Counted from the whole stretch's first letter, positions 12,155 to 26,292 are shown. The stretch: DNA of 63,981 bases, filler included, from Pelomyxa schiedti (GCA_020536535.1; 8 parts of 8 records of this genome joined end to end with filler, not necessarily neighbours in it), one strand, 5' to 3'. The notes: generated by a model not told the origin, from the letters alone. Numbers and translations are program-made.

Positions 12155-15100
12155 TTAGCTCTGCTGTCCACAAGAGCAAGCAGGGGAACATGAGCACAGT
12201 ATAGTACACTTTAGCGATACACCAGTGACAGCACATTGTGTGTACATGGGCACAAGGGACCCGGGCCCAAGCACAGCAAGAGTGACTGTCTCCCCGACGG
12301 CCCCGCGCACCGCAACCGTCATTGTGGGAGCGCTGCCGCTCGTCGTGGACACCGAGCTTATTCTGGGGTGCGCGACCGGCAGGAATTTAGTCATGTCCCC
12401 AATCAGCGTCCACCCCCCGCTCATAACCGGCGATACCTGCGTAATTATGGGAGACGATTAGTCCGGGATTATGGCGGAATTTTTGGGAATGAATTTAATT
12501 AAATTTGGGGAGACATACTATGAACATTTTGAATTCAGCAGTACCATAGGGAGGTGTCTCTGCCATTTTGTTGAGGTGGAGTGGAACTGTGTCATTGAAT
12601 ACAGCTACCACCGGCGGCAGTGCGAAGAGGTCAACAACGCGGCCCTCTACGCCGAGAAGGCCTAGGTCCTTGGGTAATATATCTACATCCCAGGGTAGTT
12701 CCGCGGCCAGTAGATAGGTCCATGATGTTGCACCAACCTTGGTTAGTGTTGTGGATAGTTGTACAAGTTCCGGAGCATCAAAGGTTTTTTGGTACATTCT
12801 TCCCGGAGAGAAGTATTTCAGTTTTAGAGAAAAAAAGAGAAGTAGAAACACACAATTCAACAGGAATAGCGGGTCTGTCTGGTTTGAGTAACGTGCCGTC
12901 ATTGAGGCAGGTTCTGAGAACAAGGGTGCTATTGGTGGACCCTATCTTGTCTCCAATGGTGAGTGGTCCGGCACTAAGAACAGCAGTAATAGCTTGAAGC
13001 ACATTGTTGGGTTCTTTACATTGTACATATCTAGGGGTGGTTATATCGGAGTTGGAATATTGTCGGCCAACTTGCAGTTTGTTTGTGTATCGGAAGTTGT
13101 CCACAGTGGCGGTTTGGATACAAGTAACCCAACAGACCACATAAAGAGACTAGAGTGGGCTATCTTTGAAAAAGTTACTTCTGTTGAGGTTTACCCGCAT
13201 TACCTTCCAGGATGAAAGACCTGGGGCCATGTTGCTATTTACACGAGCTTGAGTCACTGCAGGAAATTCAGAACTTTGCAAAATTTGGTTCGGAAGCATA
13301 TTGCCATACTATTCCATGCAAAGTGAGGCTAGGGATAACTGCATGATGTAAACCTGTATTGTGTTTCTATTTACATTTGCAGCGTTGGCCATATTTGTCA
13401 TCCATGTCCGAGCCGTGCTTACGTTGGTTTGAAGAGAGTCCATATTCATGTATGGAAAAGCAAGGTCATTGGCCTCATACCTATGAGAACGTAAGACTGT
13501 AACTGGTTGACAAATCTTCAATACAATTGCATTTTCCAGTCAGAAGAAGCGTTTTTCATAAGTTGTTGGTATAAATCCTGTCCGATTGGTATTGCGCATG
13601 TCTCTTCTACCAAGAAAGGAAATTGGCTCTGATAACTGTTATCACTGCTGAAATACCTTTTATTTTTATTTTGTGAGACATACTGAGGAGGATAAAGCAC
13701 ATACGATGTTTCTAATGCAAAAGAGACCAGGAACATTTTATCCACCACATTATCCAGACCACTGGGAAAGACATCAGGCCTATCTGCCCAGAGCTTCACA
13801 CCAGAGGGTTGTCCTGTGTAATACCACCAATCGTCAAGCTGTGATAGTTATTACTGCAACTCGCAGTTATTTTAGTTTCCAGACCTGATAAAAGGCAATG
13901 GGGACCAGATCTTTTTCGTAGTCATATATCTATTTAATACGTTACTGTGAATAAGAATACAATATACTTACATCAACAAGAGTTTCTTCGTAAGTCTTAT
14001 CAGGTTCTGTTAGACTGTAGTAATAGGCCCCACTAGAGTGGGATGAGTTGTGAAGGAAAGAAAGGCGAAATATCACTATTCTGTTGAATATCCCAAGCGT
14101 TGTGTTGTCAAGTCTAAGGTTCGAATGAGAAGGGAGCCAATCACTTCAGCATACCATTTCCCGAAACTGATCTACTCTTCCCAGTCAGTTTCAATAAATA
14201 TCCTCCCCACTCAAAAATTGCTTGACTGACACCATTTTGGTAAATGAGAATAGTGCTGTGATTGAAGCCTGGTGGAAGTGACTCAACCATTCCCTGTATT
14301 CCATAGGAAAGGCTATAGTCGAAATCTTGTAAACTAGTCCGGTGAGACAATTGCGGAAAAAAAGTGATAATAGTACATTGTCTGACTAGCTGCCATAAAG
14401 TTTGACATTGCAGAAATGACAATGGTGTTTAAAGACTTATCATAAATTACAAGTGGGCAACCGCCAGAAACACCTCCCTTCAATTTCAATAAGAAAATAG
14501 AAACACTAACAGTGGAGGATTACCGGAAACTTGGTGTATTCATCCCACTTTCCGGTGTAAGGGAACGCACCAGTCCCGTTGTAAGTTAGAAAGTTGAATC
14601 CAGTTTGGGAATCGCTAAATGATGGAAAGCATGTGGCAAGGTCAAGGTTATTCCCAACGCCAGTATTCTTCGCGCCATCTGGAAATGATTGGTCGAAGAC
14701 TATCACGTCTATGTCATCATAACTGTAGGACAGAATAAATAAGGGAAATCAGCCAAGCACTAGATACGTTTTAAAATCGGTAATCATGGTAACCGATTGG
14801 TCAATAGTTGTGTACACCAATGAAACGTAAGAGTACGTTCCAATGGCATCACTTCCTGTTCCACTAACGTTGTTAACCAAAAAAAATTAAAATGAAAACA
14901 CAACAAGTATCTACCTAGAGGATGACTGTAAAGTCAAAGTGTCATCTAAAGGTGAGCACCACTTCCCATTTTGATGCAATGCACTATACCCTCCATGCAA
15001 CCAAACAGCACCATCAATCTATCAATTAAAAAAAAAAGTCCCCTTGTTATTCCTTCTTCTTTTCATTTCAAGGATAACTAAAAACAAACAAAAAAAAGAG

Positions 15101-15324
15101 CACTTAAAAAAATAATAGAGCACTACTAATATGCACCATTGAATTGAACCCATAATTACCTGCACAGTATATAATCCTGTTTCTTGGTCGACGGGCACAC
15201 TCAGGTGAGTCCCACAATTGACTCCCCGCAGTGACACCAACAGGGCACTACAAGCGAGAATAAACCAACCGACGCGGCGTGGCAATACTCCCCTGCCTCC
15301 CCGCTCGTGGACGGGAACCACCAT
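12155..15324 (-). CDS. Secreted putative glycoside hydrolase (clan GH-D-like TIM barrel; uncharacterised family), multi-exon
   Basis: Signal-like N-terminus (GWFILACSALLVSLRGVNC); AYYYSLTEPDKTYEETL; QLDDWWYY resembling the GH27/36 IDDGW motif; DVFPSGL; TQARV; AVLSAGPLTIGDKIG; RTCLNDGTLLKPDRPA; Cys-rich tail. The family call comes from motif recall only. Confidence 0.6.
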
Positions 15325-16841
15325 TTTTATTATTTGAACGAAATTGAACCCCAAATGAATTTTTTCCTTGTCGTGGATTATGTGACTGATCTTGAATAAG
15401 AAAGCCCGAAGATACGCATCGTACGGCCTGCGTTTGGCTAAGAAAAGTCTGGCGACTTTTCGTTTTGTGGCACTGTTCCCCGGTTGGAGTTTGTTGTTTG
15501 AAAGATTTGGAGGGAAGCTTTTGGCTTCGTTGTTTTTCATTTTGATTTTTTTAATGGCTGTCTTATATACAGAATACGTTTGCTTGAGTGTGCAGTGTAT
15601 AGTGATACTACAGGTCACTCATTGTCAACCTATCCAGCATTATTTTCTGGTCAGCTTCAACTCTGACAAGAGATTCATATTCACGTGAGAGTTGTTCCAG
15701 AACAGCTGCCCGCTGTGACTCGGCTGCTTCCTTGTGTTGTTTATTAGTATGTTCATAATTAGTCTTGAAAGACAGTTTTTATATGCAATGTAACGGGTTG
15801 TTATGAGTGGTTTGTAGGTCATTGAATTCAATCGGCGGTGCGAGCATGTTACTTGTTTGGTGATAGGGGTTACTAACGTACTAGTTCACGTTTGGCACGT
15901 TCTAATGACAAATTTGCACCTTCAACACGGTTGCGTAGTCCAATTGCCTTGAGCTTCTCGTTGTCTATTTGCCGTGCTTTACTGTCCATCACCTGATAAG
16001 TAAAAAGCCAAGCTGTGCGTTTTTTCGTGATGCTTTACACTAGGGATTATACCTCAAGAAAGGAAGATGTCAGTTCATCAAACCGAGTGATTTGGGTCAT
16101 AAATTCCTGTGTAAAGTTACAAATTTTCGAAAACCTACCTGACTTTTTTTTTTTTGTTTTTCGGGTTTTTGTTACTTGGGACAAGTGCTGCAATTGACAA
16201 GAATTTTTCAACGTGGCTTCGTCTATTATTCTTATTTGGTTGGTCTCGTCCAACCTCACGTCACCGTCACCCACAATTCCCTGCTGCCCCGCCATCACAC
16301 AACGAAATTCTGCTAAGTGGCTACTCAGCTCCTCACAAGCTAGTCACCTGCGCTGTACTCTCACAACGTCTGTTGATCCCAACCAGTAAGAGATAGAAGA
16401 ATTAGACTGCATGGAATGCATCAAACCCATGATGTGGTGGTGACAGATTCTTGACCGGATCCAAGAACTGATCATCGCAGATTCCTTTTAGTGCCTGGTG
16501 AAATCAACGACTTGTTGCGCTATTTAGCAGTCGGTAGCGTCCATTTCCCCGTTTGGGTAGCGGCCGGTAGATCCGGTGCAGAGAACTTGGAAAAAACCAG
16601 AAGAAGACGCTTTCAACTGTTGCACAAAAACCAACGAAGGTCCATTCTGTCAAGCAACAATTCAGCCACCCAAGCGAAAACAGTGCCAGCACTGAAACCG
16701 CAGCCAACAGCACAAGCCGATCAAAACCAAATCAACCCACAATCCCACACAACTCACCGCTTCGCATGTGGAAAAAGACCAGCACAAGTAAAGTTGGACC
16801 AACAGACGTACACAGAACCACAATCACAACAAAATCCAGAT

Positions 16842-19800
16842 ATGAGCGTCGACATCATTATTGACGCGCACGGACCCACAATCGGGGTTCTCTCCGCTTC
16901 CCGCAGCACGCTCAACAACAACAACAGCAACGTGGCGGGAGTGTCTGTTCGTGCTGGGACTGGTGGGGGTCTCCTGGGTGCCAGTAGCGGCAGCCTGCAG
17001 CTCCGCGCAATCGCAACTCCCATAATTGATCCTGGCCGCGGAGACTCTGAGGGGGGCAAGAGGTACGCGCGGCTTTTTTTTTTGTCTTACAAAAAAGTGA
17101 CAGTGCACCATTTCGTGAAAATCTAAACGATGCGAAAACAACACAAAATAACGAAACAACAAACAAAAAAAAAAGTGGGGAAATGTTAACCTTTATAGTA
17201 CAAGGTTGGCTGGAGCATGTCCATTGACTGTTATTGTGCCAGTTGTTGCTGTTGTTATAGTTGTGTCCATCGTCACGGCTTGCTTGGCACCGATGACTTC
17301 ATTATGGGTAACATCTTTGAACACTATGAAGTCCACATGTGCCTCCAGCTTATCACAGGTTCACGGTTTTTTTCCCTTGGTTTTTTTTTTTTTTTTTGTG
17401 CCTTATATTATTAATGGTATTTTTGAACGCACTAAAACGCATTTTTAGGAAATGAATGTATATAGGAAACTTCTCGTTGATAAGAGTGTTACAAGCATTA
17501 CAACTGAAATGTGGATACCGCCTACAGTTGGTTCTATCCTCAAAATCGGTATACCTGAGTCAGTTTACACGTCTGCTGTCCCGTTGCACGTGGATCGGAG
17601 TGGATTTCAGATGACTGTAAGAGGGCTTGCAAGACAATTCAGAGCAATCAACAACATTGTAGGAACTGCCTTACCAACGACTATTAATGCTGTCCTCCTA
17701 AACAGATACTTTCATGGACGAATTATGAGGGGGACCACCTGTATGGGGATTGGCAGACTTACTGGGGGTTATACGACAGTAACGTCGACTCGAATATCAC
17801 CATGTATTGGTTCGATGGTGACACTCCAACAGACCAAAGAAAGGGAGGAGATATCTTAAACTACAATCTCACCCTCAGAGATTGGTGGTACGCAAAACGC
17901 TTGAAAAGTACTCACTACTATTAGCACTTACTTCAAACCCTTATAGGGTGGTCGGTGTCACAGCCTGGAATGGGTCCTGGACTTCTGTTTATAAATCAGC
18001 AAACAAGGCGGACGGGAGAGTGATTGCTTACACAATCAGACCACCAGTTTCCGTTCCAGTCGTTATCCAAGTCACTCTGAGCATTTCATTTTTGTCGGAC
18101 TTCTTCACCAACTTTAATCTCACCAAGAATGGCGTTTCCTTCCTCGTAGAAGACAAGACCCTCGATTTGGTATCAGGGACTCCTGGCATCACCATATTAA
18201 CGGAAGATGGAGAAACTATTAGTGCCACGCAGTCTCCTGATCAAACTGTCAGGGATACCGCTGGAATGGTATGCACATTTCTAATTTTCACCGCAATCTC
18301 AGACCCTTTTTAGTGGCTGAATCTCACAAGTGAACTGTTTGTTGAGAGCCATTTTAAGATGGCTGATACCGACGGAATGTTATTCGTGGATGTTGTACCT
18401 ATCAAAGCAAGTGGAGGACTCGTCTTGTGGTTATTCCTGGTTACACCCGAGAATGTGAGCTTCTAATCTTGAAATAGCCTGTAACACCTTAATAGGATTT
18501 TATGGGTGAGATAGAAAGTGAACAAGCCCGGACAGTAAGCCGCGCTTACCTCTCCCTATGGTCTGTCCTTGGAATCGAAATATTTATTGGAATGGTGGCA
18601 GTTGTGACCAGCATGACTTTGTCTCTTGTACTGGCACGAGCGCTGACTGCAGTGATTAGAAAACTCCAAAAAGTATCGAGGGGGCAGCTTGAAAAGTGAG
18701 AGTTTCACCCTACCTAAGAAGTACCAATCTTATTAGGAGTGAGAGCAATAAGGACCTGAAAAGAAGCATGTTAAGAGAAATAGATTCGGTATTCTGAACT
18801 TCAGTTACACCCATAACCAAGTAACCCTCAGTATAGTTGAACGCCGAAGTCACTGTAATGCAATCCGCTCTGGAGTCTTTTAGTCAGTGCGTTTCGTTTT
18901 CTCTTACTTTTCTCTAACGTCTTTAAGATATGTCCCCACGCAAGTGGTAAAATATCTATGTAAGAATCACATGAAACCAGTGGTCGGAGTTACCTCAATG
19001 CACTGCACTGTAATGTTTCTTGATGTAGTTGACTTTGTAAGTTTCCTGCTCCTCTGTGCGTATTATTAAAGTTTTTCCAGACTAGGAATATGGAGCAATA
19101 TGGCGCGCAGACCGTGATTGAAATACTATCAACAATGTTCGAGTCATTTTCCACAATAATAACAAAAAATAACGGCTGCATTGACAAGGTAGCTATTTGA
19201 CAGGACTTTATAACTGTTTACTAACCTTTTTTTTCTTTCTGCAGTACATCGGAGATGCCATTATGGTAACAGAACAACAGTATTTTTCTCTTTTGATTCA
19301 GCTTAGGCATTATGGGGGTGCCCTATGATCGACCATAATTCAGAAATGAATGCTTGCCAGGCTGTATCTGAGATACTAGCTGATCTTGCGAGATTAAATT
19401 TCGTTTTTGCCTCCAAGTCTTACCCACAAATGCATATTCGTATTGGGGTATGTACCAATCTCCATGACGGCCAAACTAACCGTGCCTTAGTTGCATGCAG
19501 GGGAAGTGAAAGCCGGGAACGTTGGGTACATCTCTTTTCTGTAGCCTGTGTCTTATTTTCTCTAAAGGTCCAGTCAAAGACTAAATTTTACTGTTCTAGG
19601 TCCCTGATAAAATTCATCCTATTATAATTCTCAACCATTTCAGGAAATACTGTTAATTTGGCTGCCAGATTGGAACCTCTGAACAAAGAACTACTTACTT
19701 CAGTTCTTGTCACCAACGCCATACGGGATCCCGTTTCCTTACACAATAGCACCAAATTCTCGTGGCGGTCCCTTGGGCACATTAGAGTTTGTATTCCATC

Positions 19801-20168
19801 TATTTTACTTATTTGTTAACTGAAATTAAAGGTGCGGGGAATCAAAGAACCTGTACTGGTTCACGAATTCCTCGGATTCTCAAACAAGTAGGACTTTTGC
19901 ATTTCTATGTGGAACCCTAACAACCTAATAATACTTTACAAGACTGGCTCCCGAGACAAGAACAACACTGGAGAAATATGCGGATATCGATCACCTGTTG
20001 TACAAGAAGCTCTCATCAAAGCTTTCAACACCCGCGGACGTAACTGATGCAATGGAATATTACCTGGACCAGAATCCGGAGGACTTCACAATAGCCCAGG
20101 CTTTTAAGCTGCTTGTGAATCCCCGTAGTACTCAAGGAAGCAAATCCAGAATAGAAACGAGACACTAG
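16842..20168 (+). CDS. Receptor-type class III adenylyl cyclase, copy 1 (TM - Cache-like sensor - TM - HAMP-like - cyclase)
   Basis: Spliced catalytic domain: TVMFLDVVDF..CIDK/YIGDAIM/ALWGCP..IRIG/LHAGEVKAGNVG/SSQRLNFTVLG/NTVNLAARLEPLNKE..VRGIKEPVLVHEF. Two hydrophobic helices flank WNGSWTSVY. Confidence 0.88.
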
Positions 20169-20940
20169 AACCTGCCCCTGAAACAAAGCAACAGCAATAC
20201 TGACCCTGATTCTCAGCTGAGGAGAAGGATCCCCACAATCTTCTCCTGAGTTCTGTATTCATAGGCCAACAACATTTCAGTCACCATTCCAGAATATAAA
20301 CCGCTCCCCCTGTACAGAGAGCAAAATCACACAAAGTCACACAAAATCACACAAAACCACCAATCAACCTGTTGTAGTCCCGCATCATCATGTAAAAAAG
20401 AAATATTTCAAACAGTTCACACCCACAAGAAGCAACTTTGATTTTCGGCTGCACGAGTATTTGACCTTCTTCGTTTAGCTTAGTTAAACTGCCCAAATCT
20501 GGGTAATCGAACCGAAGTCCGTGGAAAAAGTTAAAAATTCACATTGGTTCACTGACAAAATCGTTGACCACGGTTAAATTCAAGTTTGACGTTTCGCGGA
20601 GGTGAGCTTTTTTAGTGCACGTGTTGCTGCGTTTAGGATGTGGACGTTTTGGCCAGAACGAAAAGGTTAGGCAAAAATCCTGAAGAAAAAGTTAAGCTTC
20701 GGGCACAAGCTACACAAAAACAAAGAATACAAAGACTTCTGTAGACTACAAACATAACACACAACACGTAAGATGTGTCGTTTGCTCATTCTGTTCTCAT
20801 TACCCCCTTTTTGTTTGTGTTTCTATTAACATTACATACCCTCGCGAGGCATTTCTTTCCTATGACACACTACGTAGTTAACAGAGGAGGAAATGAAAGC
20901 CTTGTTTCATAACAAAATCGGCGACTCAGGCAACGACTTG

Positions 20941-23900
20941 ATGACGTCGACTGCAACTACCGCGACGGCTGCTACGTCTGCGGACAGCAGCAGCGTCAGC
21001 GTAGTTATGGGAGGGCACAGCGACGTCAAGGCGATAGACCTGCGTTCCATAATTCCCGTTCACCACGTGAACGGCACCGCAAAGTCGCCGTTCTCAATGG
21101 CGATCGACATCGACTTCGGGCCGATGGACCCGGCGATTATGGGAGGAGGCATGAGGCCGGGGAGCACAGGGAGCAGCATACAATTGACAGGAATTGGCAG
21201 ACCAATTGAAACAAGTCAGGCCATTCTTAGAAGAAAAGGGTATCGCCATTTTCTTCTAGTCAGATGTTTTTGGCTTTTCGTTTTGCGTTTGAACGATTTT
21301 TTTCCCTTATGCGATATTTTGTTTGTTTTCGTCATTGTTGTTGTGTATTGCAACAAGCCCAAAGCAGTTTTATGCTTTATGCATTTGATTGATTCATTAG
21401 TATTCTTTTGTATTCGCCTTTTCTCTAACAGTCACTCCAGTAAGATGGCAGGGGCGTTCTCGTTGATGACTGTTGTGCCCCTGGTGGCAGTCATGGTTGT
21501 TGTTACAATCATTGCTGTTTGTTTGGCTCCTATGACGGCTCTGTGGGTCAAGTCGTTGGAGTCCCTTACTGGAACTTGTTCTGACAGCATTTTCAAGGTG
21601 ACTTATGCGGTCTTCTTCTATAGAGTTGTTAACCTCACCTGTGTCTTTAGGAAATGGAAGTCTACAGGAAACTCCTTGTGGAAAAAAGCATAACCAGTAT
21701 ATCTACCCAAATGAGCATCCCTCCCACTGTTGCATCAGTGGTAAGAACGGCGATTCCTGAGTCGGCATACACTTCTCCCATCCCTTTACACAACGATAGC
21801 AGCGCGTTGGCGATGACTATTAGGGGCCTGGCGAAGCAATTTCCTTCAATCAATAACATGGTATCCATTCACATTACAACACTCTGATTGAGCTCTAACC
21901 GATAAACAGATTGTGGCCTGGATCAACCCTCAAGGAGAGCACTTGTATGGTGACTGGAAAACGTACTGGGGAGTTTTTGATAGCAACATTGACTCGAACA
22001 TAACGATGTACTGGTTTGATGAAGACACCCCAACTACTACCAGAACAGGGGAAGATGTTACAGATTATGATGTAACAACAAGAGACTGGTGGTATGTCTA
22101 ACATACCCATGCAGTACAATTTAATATTTCTGCAAAGGTTGGTTGGAATAAAAGCATGGAATGGCTCATGGACGCCTGTGTACACTTCTGCAGTTGCATC
22201 TGACGGGCGAGTCATAGCCTACACACTCAGACCACGTGCCTCTGTGCCAGTGGTAATCCAAGTCACTCTCAGCATTTCCTTTTTGTGGGACTTTTTCATC
22301 ACCTTCAACCTTACCACCAACGGTGAGTCCTTTTTGGTTGAGGACCAAACTCTGAAGATGATTGCTGGAACTCCTGGCATTCCTATACTCACCCAATTTG
22401 GTGATGATACCTTTGCCTTCAGCTCTACTGATCAAACTGTGAGAGATGCCACGGAAATGGTTTGAATGCACACCACTCTTCTAATTTAATTGTTACTCAG
22501 TGGTTGACATCCTCTGTGGATTCTCTGGTTGAAGCGCATTTCGAAATGATGGTGGACGGAGGAAACGCGTACGTTGACGTTGTCCCAATCAAAGCCACTG
22601 GAGGGCTTGTCATGTGGCTATTTTTGATCACACCAGAAAAAGTAATAATTTCCAACCGTGCCTTTGATATAACCCCTTGTTTAGGACTTTATGGGAGAGA
22701 TTGAAGAAGAACAAAATAAAACTGTCGATCGGGCTTATTTCTCACTCTGGGCCGTACTTGCCATTGAAATATTCATTGGCATTCTTGCAGTGGTCACCAG
22801 TATGACATTGTCACTCTTTCTGGCTAGGGCCCTTACCGCAGTGATAAGAAAGCTTCAGAAAGTTTCCAGTGGAAAGTTAACAAAGTAACTTATCTTCCGC
22901 TACCTTCTTCTACACTTAACTGGAGCAAGGACAGAGAGCAATAAGGATCTATCAAGAAGTTTGCTCAAAGAAATTGATTCCGTAATTCTACTTTTCCTTA
23001 TGGCTCAATGTGACTGTTTGTAGTTAAACTCAGAGGTTACAATTATGCAATCGGCACTGGAGTCATTCAGCCAATATGTGCCAACCCAAGTCGTGAGGTA
23101 TTCCCTGACAGTTTTATGAATTTACCGTTTACGTACTCATCAGATACCTATGCAAGAACCATATGAAACCAGTTGTTGGTGTAAACAAGATGCACTGTAC
23201 GGTGATGTTCCTTGACGTTGTTGATTTCGTATGCGTATCTCAGTTGCCTTGTTAGTGAATTAATTTTTAAAATTTTAGACCCACACTATGGAGCAATATG
23301 GAGCTCAAACTGTGATTGAAATCCTTTCAACTATGTTCGAGTCCTTTTCCATCATTATCACGAAGAACCATGGCTGCATTGACAAGGTAATCAAATTATT
23401 CTAGTCGTTTGACCTAATACACATTAGTACATTGGGGATGCCATAATGGCATTGTGGGGATGCCCTGTGGCAGACCACAACGCGGAAATACATGCATGTA
23501 AAGCTGTTGCGGAGATAATGGCTGATCTCTCCCGGTTAAATGCGATTTTCAAGGCGAAATCATTCCCGGCAATGCGGATTCGCATCGGGGTACACAGTTT
23601 ACAAATTTCCGATTGAATCTAACTCCACCATCAGCTGCATGCAGGAGAGGTCAATGCAGGAAACGTTGGTTCGAGTCAGCGGCTGAATTTTACTGTTCTA
23701 GGTTCGATTTCTTTTTCCCTGTCTAAACGTTGTTAACACCGGAAAAAAGGAAATACCGTAAACTTGGCAAGTAGATTGGAGCCACTGAATAAAGAGCTAC
23801 TCACTTCAGTCCTCGTGTCCGATGCAATACGAGATGCAACCGCTGAGAAATTGAAGGACACTTTCTCCTGGCGCGCACTCGGACACATTCAAGTATGATA

Positions 23901-24336
23901 TTTTCTGTATCCAACACGCCCAATGACAATAAACAGGTTCGCGGATTCAAAGCCCCCGTCCTCGTACATGAATTCTTTGGCTTCACCTCACTGTATGTTC
24001 CTATCCATAAAACCAAAAAAACCAAAATTCCTTTCCCACGGAGATTAACCAAATTCCAATAGGCTTGGTTCCGAAACCAAAAGGCTACTCCAGGATTACT
24101 CCGAAGTCGATCAGATGCTATACAAGAAGCTCTCTTCTCAAATGTCCACGCCGGCTGACATAACTGAGGCCATTGACTGCTACCTAGCACAGAACCCTGA
24201 CGACCTCACTGTAACACAGGCAAGGAAGCTACTAGTCAACTTGCGTGGAAATACTACATACACCACCCATCACAAAGACAACAGAGAAAACAGCAATAAT
24301 CCCACAGCCATTCCATCAACAACATCTGGCTTGTAA
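20941..24336 (+). CDS. Receptor-type class III adenylyl cyclase, copy 2 (tandem paralog)
   Basis: Collinear and highly similar to copy 1: TTRDWW, WNGSWTPVY, FLDVVDF, DKYIGDAIMALWG, NFTVLG/NTVNLASRLEPLNKE. The start could be 20893. Confidence 0.88.
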
Positions 24337-24497
24337 AACTAGAGTGGTGGTGAGAAGATAGGTATCTCCACCCACCAAATAACCAGGCAATAGTCCAGTC
24401 ACCACCACAAACATCAAGTCACAATGTTGTAAAAAATTAAATTATTTTCCGATTCGAATTACTTTTCAAGTTACCACTGATTGGTTTCCACTTTTAG

Positions 24498-25561
24498 TCA
24501 CAATAGGGAGGCCATGTCATCCAGATACACACTGTCGGGTTGCCCATTTGTAACAACTTCAACAGTGGCAACGTGGTGGCCAGTGAATGCATCAGTGATA
24601 ACTACTCTGTTGCCGTTGCTGTTTTGGCTGTTGCCTCTGTTTTTGCTTTCACACACTGTGAAAAGCATTCCACTTCCACCAACAACCTGCCGAAACACCT
24701 CACCATCATCACACCTGATCACTCTCACTGGAGTTAGGATTGAACTGGTGTTTTGGTTGCAGTCCCAGAGCTCACATGTCACTTCATTGTTGTATGCAAT
24801 GCAAAAGAAGGATCCACTAACATGTGACAGGCTACTGCAATCAAGTGCTATCACTGAGGCTGTTGCTATGCTGGGTTCTTCAGACTTTTGCTCGATCAGA
24901 AAAACCTTGGCCTCAATTTGCATTACAAATACCAAGGTGCCTGTAGCCGTCCCCTTCCTCATTACAACTCCAGTGGCACACATTAATTCATCCAATGTAG
25001 GAAATAGTTGGAACTGTGAACTTGGCAACGGGCACTGCAACTGAACAATGGTGGATAGTGACTTTGTGACATAGGTCTTTCTGATATCGACCAGCGTGAG
25101 TGTGATACAACTCACCCCACTGGGCACAATCTGGCCATCATGGCAATGCAGGATCAGGGCATCGTCGCACCGCTCCCTGTCACAAAACACCCCACAGAAC
25201 CTTGAGTCCCCGCAACAGAGTCCAGGCACACTGACCCCAACCTCCGGGTCATCCATATCTCGCAGCAGATACGAAGCAGCGCCAGGAACAGGCTCAATCA
25301 CGAGGTTCCACCCCGGGCCAGAGAAGCCCCTCAGAACCCACCTGCTGTGGACCCCCACCCTGGTGCAGCAGTGGGCACCCCCGAGGTCCCGCAGCAGCAC
25401 AGACCCAGGGCCCCCCACCACCCCCTCGGCGTTGCGGGGGAACGGGGCGAGCGGCGGGCGGGGGAGGGGGAGGAGGAGGCTGCCCAGGAGCGGGCAGACG
25501 GCCAGGCGGAGGGCGTGGGGGGCGCGGGCGGGGGTGCGCACCGAGGCGGGGCGCCGGCGAA
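24498..25561 (-). CDS. Lineage-specific expanded family protein (intronless, 5'-truncated at contig end)
   Basis: 347-aa ORF sharing motifs with the ORFs at 43024 and 57933: AVCPLLG, ELWDCN, GGSGMLF, ITDAFTGHHVATV. Confidence 0.65.
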
Positions 25562-25661
25562 NNNNNNNNNNNNNNNNNNNNNNNNNNNNNNNNNNNNNNN
25601 NNNNNTTAATTAATTAANNNNNNNNNNNNNNNNNNNNNNNNNNNNNNNNNNNNNNNNNNNN
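25562..25661. other. Artificial contig linker N44-TTAATTAATTAA-N44
   Basis: Six-frame stop linker between N runs. Identical linkers at 52297-52396, 56468-56567, 57833-57932, 60128-60227, 61357-61456 and 62491-62590. Confidence 0.97.
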
Positions 25662-25803
25662 GGGGGTTGGCTTGGGAGTGCGTTGTGGGCGCGGCGTGGG
25701 GACGGGAAAGCGATGTGGGAGTTTTATGGTTTTTGGCTTTTATCACGTGCACATGCCATGTTCACAGTTTTTTTTTTTTTTTTTTTTTCTATTCTTTTCC
25801 CAG

Positions 25804-26292
25804 GATATGTTACTGAACTACTGGAGGATGCTCACATATATGCAAATCATGCTTCTAGGCCAGAAATTGAAATTAGTGATATATCACTAGCATTAATGTC
25901 CAGGCTCACATATAGCTTCCAACAGCCGCCTCAGAGAGAAGTATTCATCCCTTTCGTTCTCTCTTTTTTTTATTTAGTTTTATTTTTCTATAACTCTAAG
26001 TCTCGGTAGCTGCTCTTACAATTAGCTGGGACAACAAATACACTTCCCATTCCCACTCCCCCAGCTACAGCAAGCATGCAGTTGCCATATGAAGAATATT
26101 GCTTAGTTGAACCAAACTACCAAATGGATTATCCTGACACTCAGATTCCTTCCGCAGCCCACAACAACCAGGTTACTTTTATTTCTAAACTCCTTGCTTG
26201 CATTTCTAAGATGTTTTCCTTTATATCAGCAATTACCCCAAATCATCAAGAAAGCCAAGAACCCCATTCAAATCACATTGAACAAGTCATGA
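25804..26292 (+). CDS. TAF9: TFIID subunit 9 (histone fold), 5' exon(s) lost at contig edge
   Basis: YVTELLEDAHIYANHASRPEIEISDISLALMSRLTYSFQQPPQRE / LLLQLAGTTNTLPIP..LPYEEYCLVEPNYQ. Confidence 0.9.

Noticed and set aside
15392-16800. Short ORFs between the glycosidase and cyclase 1
   Set aside because: No motifs or coherent exon chain; likely intergenic or UTR.
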